A DNA stretch of 39,066 nt from assembly GCA_045657565.1 (NCBI GenBank), contig JAZOTI010000156.1, forward strand, positions 1 to 39,066, in the 5' to 3' direction. The notes beneath the pieces were generated by a model. That model was not told where the DNA came from. It saw only the letters and a program-made list of their open reading frames with translations, and did no database searches. Source of the stretch: Oscillospiraceae bacterium. GTDB taxonomy: Bacteria; Bacillota; Clostridia; Oscillospirales; Ruminococcaceae. Every line of letters begins with the position of its first letter. The stretch's first letter is position 1. Below, one piece after another: positions 1 through 8,822 of the stretch. The translations under genes were made by a program, and so were the position numbers.

Positions 1-149
1 GTCATAATCTGTTTTCTGCCAACAGGTTTATCCTCTCTTGTAAAAGCACCTATAATATTCCAGCCGTCATTTATCATCTGTTCAAGACACCCCTTTGCAA
101 TTTCAGGTGTGCCCATAAACAGAACTTTTACATCTTTTTTATTCATCAT
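1..149 (-). CDS. fmt: methionyl-tRNA formyltransferase, N-terminal fragment (continues beyond window start)
   Basis: My translation of the minus strand from the ATG at 149 gives MMNKKDVKVLFMGTPEIAKGCLEQMINDGWNIIGAFTREDKPVGRKQIMT. This shows the FMGTPE and DKPxGR pattern typical of Fmt N-termini. It overlaps the def stop by 11 nt, and def-fmt is the conserved order. It is too short and partial to appear in the ORF track. Confidence 0.75.
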   Translation of the reverse strand, partial: MMNKKDVKVLFMGTPEIAKGCLEQMINDGWNIIGAFTREDKPVGRKQIM

Positions 150-669
150 AGTCTTCGTCCAGATTAAGTGCTTTGATTTCTTCCGGTGTCATATCTTCGT
201 AGAATTTTGTTGCGTGGTCCATAATTGTGATACCGTCAAGGTGATCGCATTCGTGGCAGATTGCACGTGCAAGAATATCTTCTGCTTCGATGATAAATTC
301 GTTGCCGTAACGGTCCTGTGCTTTTGCTTTTACGTACTGTGGACGTGTGATAGCACCGTTTCTGCCTGGGAAAGAAAGGCAACCTTCAAAGATTGTAACT
401 TCGCCTTCTCTTTCAAGAATTTCCGGGTTTACAAGTTCGATGATTTCATCAACTTCGTTATCATCTTCGTCAATATACTGGTCGAGTACAATACATACAC
501 GGCGCATAATGCCAACCTGTGGACCTGCAAGCCCAAGGCCATGTGCTTCCATCATTGTATCGCCCATATCATCAAGCAATGTTTCGAGTTTTTCGTTGAA
601 TTCTGTTACAGGACGGCAAACTTTTTTAAGGATTGGATCGCCGTCTTTTACAATTGTTCTGATAGCCAT
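139..669 (-). CDS. def: peptide deformylase
   Basis: 176 aa with the three Def motifs: GLGLAGPQVG, EGCLSFPG and HECDHLDG. RBS caggagaaatact precedes the ATG at 669. Confidence 0.95.
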   Translation of the reverse strand: MAIRTIVKDGDPILKKVCRPVTEFNEKLETLLDDMGDTMMEAHGLGLAGPQVGIMRRVCIVLDQYIDEDDNEVDEIIELVNPEILEREGEVTIFEGCLSFPGRNGAITRPQYVKAKAQDRYGNEFIIEAEDILARAICHECDHLDGITIMDHATKFYEDMTPEEIKALNLDEDYDE

Positions 670-693
670 AGTATTTCTCCTGTTGTATATAAT

Positions 694-2913
694 TTATTCT
701 TGTGTTGGGTTCATATTTACATATATACCCGATTTATTGTCCGGATTCTTTAAGTATTCATCGATTGCAAATCTTAAAAAATCCCTGAATTTCTTTGTGT
801 TTTTACATTTTAAGGTAAGTCGGTACCTGTAAACACCGCTTACCATAGAAACCGCAAAAGGTGCAGGGCCAAGCACTACAAGAGGCATGCCCTCAAGTTT
901 TGGTGACAAATCCTGAATAATTTTCAAAAATTTCGCCCCATCCTTTGCCGCCTGAACTTCTTTTTCACTTGTGAATGCCACCTGACACATTGTGCAGAAA
1001 GGCGGATATATATTCAGTTTGCGGAAAGCGATTTCGTTCTGATAAAATTTTTCGTAATCACCTTTCTGTGCAAGGTGTATTACAGGGTTCTGACTGTCAT
1101 ATGTCTGCACAACTGCAAGCGCATCCTTTGTCCATCTGCCTGCGCGGCCGATAACCTGTGTAAGCAGGTTGAAAGCACTTTCGTTGGAATTGTAGGAAAG
1201 CTGGCTTAACGCCCCGTCCATACCAAGAACACATACAAGGTTTACATCCTTAAAGTCAAGTCCTTTTGCCACCATCTGTGTGCCCACAAGTATATCATAC
1301 TTTTTATCGGCAAAAGCTTTCAGCATTTCGGCGTGGGCATCGTTTCTGCCCGTAGTGTCTGCATCCATACGCAGCACCCTTGCTTTAGGTATGCAGGAAA
1401 GAATATATTCCTCAACCTTCTGTGTACCATAACCTATATACTGAATTTCACCGCCGCAATGAGGGCATTTTTCAATCACAGGATAGTTTGTGCCACAGTA
1501 ATGACAGCTGAGTTTATTTGCATTTTTGTGTTTTACAAGGTTTACACTGCAGTTGTCACACTGCAAGGTTTCCCTGCATTCTTTACATACACCCACAGTG
1601 GAGTATCCACGTCGGTTTATGAGGATAATGCTTTGTTTTTCCTGTTTTATGTTGTCTGACAGGTATTTTATAACAGCGTCCGAAAGCACACCTGTATCGC
1701 CTATTTTTGCCTGCATACGCATATCGATTATTTCTACCTTTGGCATAGGCATATCGTTATAGCGTTTATCCATAATATGCAGGCGGTAAAATCCGTTTTT
1801 TGCAAGATGATAACTTTCTATGCTTGGAGTTGCTGACGCAAGCACCAGTTTTGCATCTTTTTCCTTTGCAATAAAGGACGCCACACGGATTGCAGAATAT
1901 CTTGGACTGTTTTCTGATTTGAAGGTTTTTTCATGTTCTTCGTCAATTATGATAAGTCCGATGTTGTCAACAGGTGCAAAAACCGCACTTCGTGTACCGA
2001 TTACCACCTTTGCCCTGCCCTGTTGTATCTTCTGATGCTGATACAGTCTTTCTGTAGGTGAAAGCTTTGAGTGCATTACACTTATCACATCGCCGAAATA
2101 TTCTGTCAGCAGATGTATCATCTGCGGTGTCAGAGAAATTTCCGGCACAAGCAGCATTGCAGTTTTGTCTTTCAGAAGTGTATCCTGTATAAGCTTTATA
2201 AAAACCGATGTTTTTCCGCTGGATGTAACCCCGTGGATAAGATGCGGTTTTGTGTTGTCAGAAGATGTTATTTCGTCAAACACGCGCTGCTGCTGCACAG
2301 AAAGATTAAGTGCCTTTTTTTCTTCCGCAATAGTTTTTGTTGCCTGCTTTTTGTCCTGAACCGATACAGTAATCAGCTCTTTTTCAATAAGTTTATCAAC
2401 TACTGCTTTGGTTACATTGCAATCATCGCATATTTGTTTGATTGTTCTGTGTGAAGAAAGCAGATAATTATATACTTTAAGCTGTTTTTCTGTCAGTTTT
2501 ACCTGTTTTTCTGTTTCATTTGCGGTATAAAGCTTTTCTGTAGGCAGTTTATGCTTTGCTTCCAGCATTCCTTTTGAAATGCGGTACTGCCCGCCATAAG
2601 GAATTACAGTTTTTGCCGCCTCATAAAATGTGCAGAATGTGGTTTCTCTTATATGTTCCACAAGTTTCAGTGCAAAAGGTGTGACCGACCAGTCTTCTGT
2701 TTTTACATCCTGAATTGTTTTAAGGCCTTTTGTATCCTGTCTTTCACTGAGCGAAAGCACGACGCCCATTCTGAGCGCACTGCTTCTGCCGAAAGGCACA
2801 AGTACAACTGAACCTGTCTGTATTGTATTTTTAAATTCATCAGGGACTATATAGGAAAATTCCCTGTCAAAATTCAAGGTAGCTTTATCCACTGCTACGC
2901 CTGCTGTCAACAT
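694..2913 (-). CDS. priA: primosomal protein N' (replication restart helicase PriA)
   Basis: Walker A GVTSSGKT, DEEH box (IIDEEHE), and a Cys-rich zinc insert CKECRETLQCDNCSVNLVKH...CHYCG...CPHCGG. I trimmed the start to the ATG at 2913 (MLTAGVAVD...), which follows a GGAGG RBS. The ORF-track start at 2958 would overlap gmk. Confidence 0.93.
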   Translation of the reverse strand: MLTAGVAVDKATLNFDREFSYIVPDEFKNTIQTGSVVLVPFGRSSALRMGVVLSLSERQDTKGLKTIQDVKTEDWSVTPFALKLVEHIRETTFCTFYEAAKTVIPYGGQYRISKGMLEAKHKLPTEKLYTANETEKQVKLTEKQLKVYNYLLSSHRTIKQICDDCNVTKAVVDKLIEKELITVSVQDKKQATKTIAEEKKALNLSVQQQRVFDEITSSDNTKPHLIHGVTSSGKTSVFIKLIQDTLLKDKTAMLLVPEISLTPQMIHLLTEYFGDVISVMHSKLSPTERLYQHQKIQQGRAKVVIGTRSAVFAPVDNIGLIIIDEEHEKTFKSENSPRYSAIRVASFIAKEKDAKLVLASATPSIESYHLAKNGFYRLHIMDKRYNDMPMPKVEIIDMRMQAKIGDTGVLSDAVIKYLSDNIKQEKQSIILINRRGYSTVGVCKECRETLQCDNCSVNLVKHKNANKLSCHYCGTNYPVIEKCPHCGGEIQYIGYGTQKVEEYILSCIPKARVLRMDADTTGRNDAHAEMLKAFADKKYDILVGTQMVAKGLDFKDVNLVCVLGMDGALSQLSYNSNESAFNLLTQVIGRAGRWTKDALAVVQTYDSQNPVIHLAQKGDYEKFYQNEIAFRKLNIYPPFCTMCQVAFTSEKEVQAAKDGAKFLKIIQDLSPKLEGMPLVVLGPAPFAVSMVSGVYRYRLTLKCKNTKKFRDFLRFAIDEYLKNPDNKSGIYVNMNPTQE

Positions 2914-2932
2914 AAAGCTACCTCCTTTTTGA

Positions 2933-3496
2933 TTAGTCTCTGTTGTCGAATATATCAATGATAGACTGTGCGCATTCTTCTATATTATTGTTCACCACTA
3001 CGCAGTCATAGTTGCACTGGAGTTCAAGTTCTTCCATTGCTCTTGAAAGTCGCTGTCTGATTTTTTCTTCATCTTCTGTACCGCGGTTTTTGAGGCGACG
3101 TTCAAGTTCTTCAATTGATGGCGGTGCAAGGAAAATTGCAAGGCAGTCGGGATATGCTTTTTTGACATTCTGTGCGCCTTCAACTTCAATAACAAGAACA
3201 ACAACCCTGCCGGCTTTAACTTTGTCTTCTATCTGCTGTTTGAGCGTGCCGTAATAGTTATTTACATAGTTTGTATACTCCAGGAAATGACCTTCATCGA
3301 GTCTTGAAAGAAAATCTTCCTTTGTAAGGAATATGTAGTCAACACCGTCAACTTCGCCTTCGCGTGGCTGTCTTGTTGTTGCGGAAACAGAAAGGATAAA
3401 TCTTTCGTCAGTGCTGAGAATTTTTTTAACTACTGTATCCTTGCCACAGCCGGAAGGACCTGAAATTACAACTATATTTTTATCAATGTTATTCAT
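2933..3496 (-). CDS. gmk: guanylate kinase
   Basis: P-loop ISGPSGCGKDT and SATTRQPREGEVDGVDYIF, the typical Gmk core. Start trimmed to MNNIDKN (ATG at 3496) behind a GGAGAC RBS. It overlaps the remA stop by 8 nt. Confidence 0.93.
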   Translation of the reverse strand: MNNIDKNIVVISGPSGCGKDTVVKKILSTDERFILSVSATTRQPREGEVDGVDYIFLTKEDFLSRLDEGHFLEYTNYVNNYYGTLKQQIEDKVKAGRVVVLVIEVEGAQNVKKAYPDCLAIFLAPPSIEELERRLKNRGTEDEEKIRQRLSRAMEELELQCNYDCVVVNNNIEECAQSIIDIFDNRD

Positions 3497-3749
3497 CTTC
3501 AGTCTCCATAAATTTAATAAGATTGCTGTTTGATTGTCCAAAAATTCTTTCTGCGGAAAATGCACAGATTATAATATGTTCACAGTCTGTGATTATAACC
3601 GTTTTTGTTTTTCTGCCAAAGGTCGCATCAATGAGACGGTTTTCTGATTTTGCTTTGGCTATCATTCGTTTCACCGGTGCGGATTCCGGGCTTAAGGCAG
3701 CTACAATCTTGTTTTGATTTATCATACTGCCAAAACCGATATTAAGCAT
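3489..3749 (-). CDS. remA: RemA/DUF370 family small DNA-binding regulator
   Basis: MLNIGFGSMINQNKIVAALSPESAPVKRMIAKAK...LIDATFGRKTKTVIITD closely parallels Bacillus RemA (NIGFGN...SPESAPIKR...LIDATYGRRTR). It sits in the conserved position between the yicC-like gene and gmk. Start trimmed to the ATG at 3749 after a GAGG RBS. Confidence 0.85.
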   Translation of the reverse strand: MLNIGFGSMINQNKIVAALSPESAPVKRMIAKAKSENRLIDATFGRKTKTVIITDCEHIIICAFSAERIFGQSNSNLIKFMETEDE

Positions 3750-3761
3750 ACCTCTCACCTC

Positions 3762-4640
3762 TTATTCCATATTTTGAATCTGTTCACGGATTTTTTCAAT
3801 TTCTGATTTTATTTCAACAACTCTTCTTGTAATTTCCAGATCGTTGGATTTGGAACCTATTGTATTGGCTTCACGGTTGAGTTCCTGTGTAAGGAAGTCA
3901 AGTTTTCTGCCCTGTCTTGCATCACCTTCAAGAATATTGCGATACTGTGCAATATGGCTGCGAAGACGTACAGTTTCTTCGTCAACTGCCACTTTATCTG
4001 CAAAAATTGCAGCTTCTGTGAGAATTCTCTGGTTGTCAATCTGCTGATCCTGAAGAATTGTCTGCAGTTTCTGATAAAGTCTGTCCTGATATTTCTGTGC
4101 GCGGAGCGGTGCAATAGTTTCAATTTCTGTTACAATATCTTCAATTGCTGAAAGTCTGCCCATAACATCAGCATAAAGTTTTTCACCTTCTGCCTGTTTC
4201 ATTGACATAAACTCATTCAGTGCCATTGCAACAACTGCGCTTACATCCGCTGCAAGCTGGTCAGCGTCTTCTTCACTTTTGTTCTGTGTGAGAACACCTT
4301 CATATCTTGAAATAGCTGTTACGTCACAAGGCTTTTCAAGTCCAAGTTCTGTGCTGATTGCGCAGAGAGCCTGATAATAACTTTTTGCAAGTGCAATGTC
4401 TGCTTCAACAACTGTGTCACCCTGTTCAACAGCTTTGATTGCAAGAGAAACTTCCACTTTACCTCTGCTTACAGTTTCGTTTACCTGTTTTTTGATTTTG
4501 TCATCAAGGAATGAGAAAAAGCGGGACATTCTGCTGGAATATTCAAAATATCTGTGATTAACAGACTTGATTTCCACAGTAATATCCTTACCGTTTAAAA
4601 CAGCATTTCCCTTTCCGTAACCAGTCATACTGTATACCAT
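3762..4640 (-). CDS. yicC: YicC/YloC family stress-induced protein (endoribonuclease family)
   Basis: 292 aa. N-terminus SMTGYGKG...VEIKSVNHRYFE and C-terminal DFLTQELNREANTIGSKS match the YicC N-terminal and DUF1732 signatures. It is the first gene of the yicC-remA-gmk operon. Confidence 0.88.
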   Translation of the reverse strand: MVYSMTGYGKGNAVLNGKDITVEIKSVNHRYFEYSSRMSRFFSFLDDKIKKQVNETVSRGKVEVSLAIKAVEQGDTVVEADIALAKSYYQALCAISTELGLEKPCDVTAISRYEGVLTQNKSEEDADQLAADVSAVVAMALNEFMSMKQAEGEKLYADVMGRLSAIEDIVTEIETIAPLRAQKYQDRLYQKLQTILQDQQIDNQRILTEAAIFADKVAVDEETVRLRSHIAQYRNILEGDARQGRKLDFLTQELNREANTIGSKSNDLEITRRVVEIKSEIEKIREQIQNME

Positions 4641-4708
4641 TTTTTACCTCCGTAAGATAATAGCAATATTTGATTTGCTTGCATTTTTATCTACTATCTC
4701 AATATTAA

Positions 4709-4738
4709 ATTATACACAAAAACAATATATTTTGTCAA
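4709..4738 (-). promoter_or_regulatory. sigma-A type promoter for the yicC-remA-gmk-priA-def-fmt operon
   Basis: The minus strand reads TTGACA, an 18 nt spacer, then TATAAT (plus-strand tgtcaa at 4733-4738 and attata at 4709-4714). This lies about 70 nt upstream of the yicC start. Confidence 0.5.
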
Positions 4739-4770
4739 TGTAAACACCCTTGTTATGCGGTTTGCAGGCA

Positions 4771-4815
4771 AAAAACAAAAGTCTTGCAGAGAGTGTTCCC
4801 CGCAAGACTTTTTTG
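4771..4815 (-). terminator. rho-independent terminator after the 4817-5305 gene
   Basis: Arms AAAAGTCTTGC and GCAAGACTTTT (4777-4787 and 4802-4812). The minus strand continues TTTTGTTTTTT after the stem. Confidence 0.7.
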
Positions 4816-4816
4816 T

Positions 4817-5305
4817 TTATGAAAGTATGAGCGGCTGTGCCACTTTAACCGCAAAATAATGCACAATTGTGCCCTGGTCAAACTGCGCCACCACTTTGTA
4901 AATGTAGGTGCCGTCTTCCTTTGGTGTTGTCATACTGTAACGTTTTTCAATGAATTCCTCCGGTGCAGAGCCTTTGCCTTCATAGAGAGTAATGCTTTCA
5001 TATGGTCTTGAAAAATCTATAACTATAGGCATATCCGGTGACACATCATATACTGTCAGAGGCACATCTATGCAGGAAACAAAAGGAGACTGTACTGTTT
5101 TTGTTGCATAGTTCCATTCGTAACCACCGCGGGGCACACTTGGAATAAGTGTATAACCTGTTGTCACACTGATTACCGGCAGTGAGACTTCCGGATTTTT
5201 GGAGTCTATTGTATCCTTGATAAATACAGATATATATCCTGCCAGAACAAGCATAACAACCGCTATGATATAACGTCGGATTTTCTGTTTATACATTCGG
5301 TTCAT
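4817..5305 (-). CDS. hypothetical membrane-anchored protein (one N-terminal TM helix, extracytoplasmic domain)
   Basis: The ORF is followed by a terminator. It has the N-terminal hydrophobic segment RRYIIAVVMLVLAGYISVF, and I recognise no family motif. Start trimmed to MNRMYKQ (ATG at 5305) with GGGAG upstream. It overlaps the 3' end of the transporter gene. Confidence 0.55.
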   Translation of the reverse strand: MNRMYKQKIRRYIIAVVMLVLAGYISVFIKDTIDSKNPEVSLPVISVTTGYTLIPSVPRGGYEWNYATKTVQSPFVSCIDVPLTVYDVSPDMPIVIDFSRPYESITLYEGKGSAPEEFIEKRYSMTTPKEDGTYIYKVVAQFDQGTIVHYFAVKVAQPLILS

Positions 5306-6473
5306 CCCTGTCAATCTCCCTTTCCGGTGTAAGTGTAAGTGTATCTCTGTCTGCAATTATCTTCTTCTTTGCAAGACGTTTGTCCATGTTTTCAGACAAA
5401 AGGCTGTACATCACCGCAAATGTAGGAACACCGGCAACCATACCTATAAAACCAAAAAGACCGCCGCCTATTGTAATTGCCACAAGCACCCAGATTGGTG
5501 CAAGACCTGTGGAGTCACCAAGGATTTTAGGTCCCAGTATATTGCCGTCAAACTGCTGCAATGCCAGTACAAATATTGCAAAAATCAACGCATCCCACGG
5601 ACTTACCATAAGCAGAATAAGTATTGATGGTATAGCACCGATAAACGGACCGAAAAACGGAATGACATTTGTCACACCTACAATAACGCCAAGAAGCAAT
5701 GCATATGGTGAGTATATGAAAAGAGAACCGATAAAGCAAAGGATACCGATGATGATACTGTCGACAATTTTACCATTGATAAATTTTGAAAACATCAGGT
5801 TTGTTCTGTTTCCGATTTCAACAATTCGGTTTGCCTTTTTTTCTTTCATGAAAGAATAAAGAATCTTTTTAATCTGGAAAATAAGTCTTTCTTTTGTAAG
5901 CAACATATAAATGGATGCTATCACAGCCATAAACATATCGATAACAAAAGAACCCAGTGAAACAGACACATTAAAAATCTGCGGAATAAGATTAAGTGCC
6001 ATTGTACTTAAAGCTTTCAAAGCAGATGACATTGTTTCTGTAATACTTTCCGCAAAGGCAGGGTCCCAGTGGTACTGTGTTGTAAGTTTTTCCACCAATC
6101 GTGTAATTTGTCTTATATATTCAGGAATGGAGTTTATAACATTAATAATGCTGTCACGCACCTGAGGTGCAACAAGAACAACCAGCACTGTTATTGCAAG
6201 AGCAGTAACAATATATGTGCATGTGACTGCCATTCCTCTTTTTCCTTTAGTATCTCTGAAAAAATTTCTTTCAAACCATTTTACCGGTGTATTGAGAAGA
6301 AATGCCATCACAAACGCAACCACAAAAGGAGATATTACACTGTATACACTGCCGAATATTCTTTTAACAATATCAAAATGAGATATGCTGAGATAAAGAA
6401 GCACAGCTGTACACACTGTTATAATATTGCTTATTGTAGACTTTGTGAAATAATTCTTTACGTTTCTTTCCAT
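5289..6473 (-). CDS. AI-2E family transporter (PerM/YtvI-like permease)
   Basis: Polytopic membrane protein carrying the family-typical NVIPFFGPFIGAIPS segment. Start trimmed to MERNVKNYF (ATG at 6473) behind GGAGACAGG. Confidence 0.85.
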   Translation of the reverse strand: MERNVKNYFTKSTISNIITVCTAVLLYLSISHFDIVKRIFGSVYSVISPFVVAFVMAFLLNTPVKWFERNFFRDTKGKRGMAVTCTYIVTALAITVLVVLVAPQVRDSIINVINSIPEYIRQITRLVEKLTTQYHWDPAFAESITETMSSALKALSTMALNLIPQIFNVSVSLGSFVIDMFMAVIASIYMLLTKERLIFQIKKILYSFMKEKKANRIVEIGNRTNLMFSKFINGKIVDSIIIGILCFIGSLFIYSPYALLLGVIVGVTNVIPFFGPFIGAIPSILILLMVSPWDALIFAIFVLALQQFDGNILGPKILGDSTGLAPIWVLVAITIGGGLFGFIGMVAGVPTFAVMYSLLSENMDKRLAKKKIIADRDTLTLTPEREIDRDEPNV

Positions 6474-6593
6474 ACCTGTCTCCTGAAATAAATCTATTAA
6501 CATATGGTAACATATTTACCGAAAAAAATCTACCGTATTCACAGTTTTTACACTATAAATTCACTTTGCTGTTTTATTCTTAATTTCAAAACA

Positions 6594-6622
6594 TTTACAA
6601 TAATGATATTTTGTATTATTAT
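6594..6622 (+). promoter_or_regulatory. candidate promoter of the racemase-like gene
   Basis: TTTACA (6594-6599), a 17 nt spacer, then TATTAT (6617-6622), about 40 nt upstream of the ATG at 6663. Confidence 0.3.
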
Positions 6623-6662
6623 AATATATAAAGATTACCATTGTTAAAGGAGATTATTATTT

Positions 6663-7310
6663 ATGAAATTAGGCGTTCTTGCAGGTACCCCTGTTGATAC
6701 ACAAATGGGTGTGGATTATCTTATCGCCAAAGGTGTTGAAGCAATCGGCATACCTTGCAGTCAGTCAGCAGAAGAACAGAATGAAATGCAGATTCTGCAC
6801 AAAGAAGAACTTCTGGAAATTGCAGTTGATAACTGTATGCAGATGATTGCTCAGGGCGCAACCGGTATTTTTGTTTACTGTAATTCGCTTTCAGGTGCTA
6901 TTGATATTGAAAACCTTAAATCCCGAGTTCCTGTATGTGTAGTAACACCTCTTGATATATACAAAATGTGCGCCAAACAGTACAAACGACTTTCCATCAT
7001 CGCAGCAAACGGCCAGAGCCTTGCAGCTATTGAAAGAGTTATCCTTGGCGAAAACCCTGAATGTACAGTTTTCGGTGCCGGACTTCTGCCTCTTGTAGTG
7101 GAAATTGAAAAATCCACACCGCCGGCAGAAATCTATTCCTCTTTCCAGCTTAAAAGCCTTACCGACAGTTTTACTGCTATCGGATGCGAAGCACTTATTC
7201 TCGGCTGTACTCATTTCCCTTATGTGGAACAGGAAATCCGTGATAACATCTCTGTTGAAGTTATCAATCCTGCAGACCAGATGCTTGAAATTCTCAAAGC
7301 AAACCAGTAA
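6663..7310 (+). CDS. Asp/Glu/hydantoin racemase superfamily protein, substrate unknown
   Basis: 215 aa with two catalytic-type Cys motifs, VYCNSLSG and LGCTHFPY (compare ACNTAS and GCTHYP in glutamate racemase). The N-terminus (GVLAGTPVDTQMG) is unlike MurI. Strong RBS aaaggagatt. Confidence 0.7.
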   Translation: MKLGVLAGTPVDTQMGVDYLIAKGVEAIGIPCSQSAEEQNEMQILHKEELLEIAVDNCMQMIAQGATGIFVYCNSLSGAIDIENLKSRVPVCVVTPLDIYKMCAKQYKRLSIIAANGQSLAAIERVILGENPECTVFGAGLLPLVVEIEKSTPPAEIYSSFQLKSLTDSFTAIGCEALILGCTHFPYVEQEIRDNISVEVINPADQMLEILKANQ

Positions 7311-7463
7311 ATTTAATTTTCCGAATGGACTTTTTGATGAAAATGTTTTAAAATTATACAAACTGCGACATTGCATCACAAATCCGTCGGTTTACCTGTC
7401 GGCCGTATCTACACAACACTCACTCTGCACATCACTCTGTGTAGCAAAAAGAGAGGCATATAT

Positions 7464-8387
7464 ATGACATTTTCACAGCTTAACTATGTTATGGAAGTTT
7501 CCCGCTGCGGTTCAATAAACAAGGCCGCGGCAAAACTTTTCGTATCTCAGTCAAGTCTTTCCAACTCCATTCAGGAACTGGAAAAAGAACTGGACATTAT
7601 TATTTTCACCAGAAGCACAAAAGGCATTGAACTCACACCGGAAGGCAGTGAATTTTTAAGCTATATCCGTCCTTTGATTGAACAGCAGAAACAGATCTTA
7701 TCTCTTTATGAAAACAAAAATGCCAAGCCATGTCTCAGATTGAACATCTCAACACAGAGATATCCTTTTGCAGCCAAAGCGTTTGCCGATCTTTTAAACT
7801 GTTCTGATCATCCTAAGTTTGAAGTGCGTCTGAAAGAAACAGGTATTTTCCAGATTATTGAGGACGTATACAACAATGACAGCGGCATAGGTGTTATTTT
7901 TATTTCAAGAGAAAGCGAAAAATTCATACGTAAAACACTTGAATCAAAAAATCTCACCTTTACTTCCATTAAGAAAATCAACCCTCGCGTTTATATCCGC
8001 AAAGGACATCCGCTCGCAGATAAAGAAATTGTTAAATTTCAACAGCTTTTGGATTATCCTTACGTTGTATTTGACCATGGTCAGGGTAAAAACCTTTATT
8101 ATACAGAAGAAATCAACCTTGCAGGTTTCAGAATTCCTGAAAAACTTATTTTTGTTCATGACCGTGCAAGTATGTATAACATTGTAAGCAATACAAACGC
8201 ATTTTCCATTGGCAGTGGTGTATTGAATAAAGGATATTTTGACCCGGATGTAATTTCTGTTCCGGTTGAGTGTAATGATGAAGATGTTATGGAACTTGGC
8301 TGGATAAAACAAAGCAACCGCAAACTTTCAGAGGTAGAGGAACAGTATGTTCAATATCTCGAAAACGCTTTGCATGAAGCAGAATAA
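7464..8387 (+). CDS. LysR family transcriptional regulator
   Basis: N-terminal helix-turn-helix: MTFSQLNYVMEVSRCGSINKAAAKLFVSQSSLSNSIQELEKELDIIIFTRSTKGIELTPEG. Start trimmed to the ATG at 7464 behind AGAGAGG. Confidence 0.88.
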   Translation: MTFSQLNYVMEVSRCGSINKAAAKLFVSQSSLSNSIQELEKELDIIIFTRSTKGIELTPEGSEFLSYIRPLIEQQKQILSLYENKNAKPCLRLNISTQRYPFAAKAFADLLNCSDHPKFEVRLKETGIFQIIEDVYNNDSGIGVIFISRESEKFIRKTLESKNLTFTSIKKINPRVYIRKGHPLADKEIVKFQQLLDYPYVVFDHGQGKNLYYTEEINLAGFRIPEKLIFVHDRASMYNIVSNTNAFSIGSGVLNKGYFDPDVISVPVECNDEDVMELGWIKQSNRKLSEVEEQYVQYLENALHEAE

Positions 8388-8399
8388 TTCACCGAATAT

Positions 8400-8440
8400 A
8401 AAAACATCCGTATACAGAAGTATACGGATGTTTTTGTTTT
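8400..8440. terminator. bidirectional rho-independent terminator between convergent genes
   Basis: AAAAACATCCGTATAC agaa GTATACGGATGTTTTT, with U-tracts available on both strands. Confidence 0.75.
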
Positions 8441-8676
8441 TACTGTTCATAAATATTTTTGCCGCAGCGTTTACATTTTTTTACATTGAGTTTGCCGAGA
8501 TGTTTTTTGCAGTCCGGACATCTCCAGAATCCTAAGTACAAAACTGCGAAAATTGCAAAAAACACCAGCATTATGTAAATAAGCAAAGATGAGTTGAGAA
8601 AGGTTGCAAGCACGATAGCTGCTATGATTGTAATAAATGTAATATTGAGATAATATTTTACTGTTGCTAAGTTCAT
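8440..8676 (-). CDS. small membrane protein with C-terminal zinc-ribbon (CPDC...CKRC)
   Basis: 78 aa with two hydrophobic helices, then CPDCKKHLGKLNVKKCKRCG. Followed by a terminator. RBS aaaggagcaataa precedes the ATG. Confidence 0.5.
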   Translation of the reverse strand: MNLATVKYYLNITFITIIAAIVLATFLNSSLLIYIMLVFFAIFAVLYLGFWRCPDCKKHLGKLNVKKCKRCGKNIYEQ

Positions 8677-8822
8677 TTATTGCTCCTTTGTATTGTTATA
8701 TACACTATTAAAACATATCTTCACATATGATTCAAGTTAAATATATAGCGGTTCTGTTTAATACGTGATATAATGACATGGTAGCGTATACCCATAAAAT
8801 AAAAATTCACGAGGATATTATT

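Noticed and set aside
109-832. Plus-strand ORFs 109-753 and 347-832 overlapping def and the end of priA.
   Set aside because: They are antisense to an unmistakable peptide deformylase, their translations have no recognisable motifs, and they have no RBS.
694-2958. N-terminal extensions in the ORF track for priA (2958), gmk (3565), remA (3758), LysR (7371), the nucleotidase (8778), the M6-like gene (17555), the HK-like gene (31865), gap (32055), HAD (37616), the AI-2E gene (6503) and the 4817 gene (5356).
   Set aside because: In each case an internal ATG sits 5-10 nt downstream of a GGAGG-like RBS and coincides with the conserved family N-terminus. The upstream extension overlaps the neighbouring gene or consists of junk residues.
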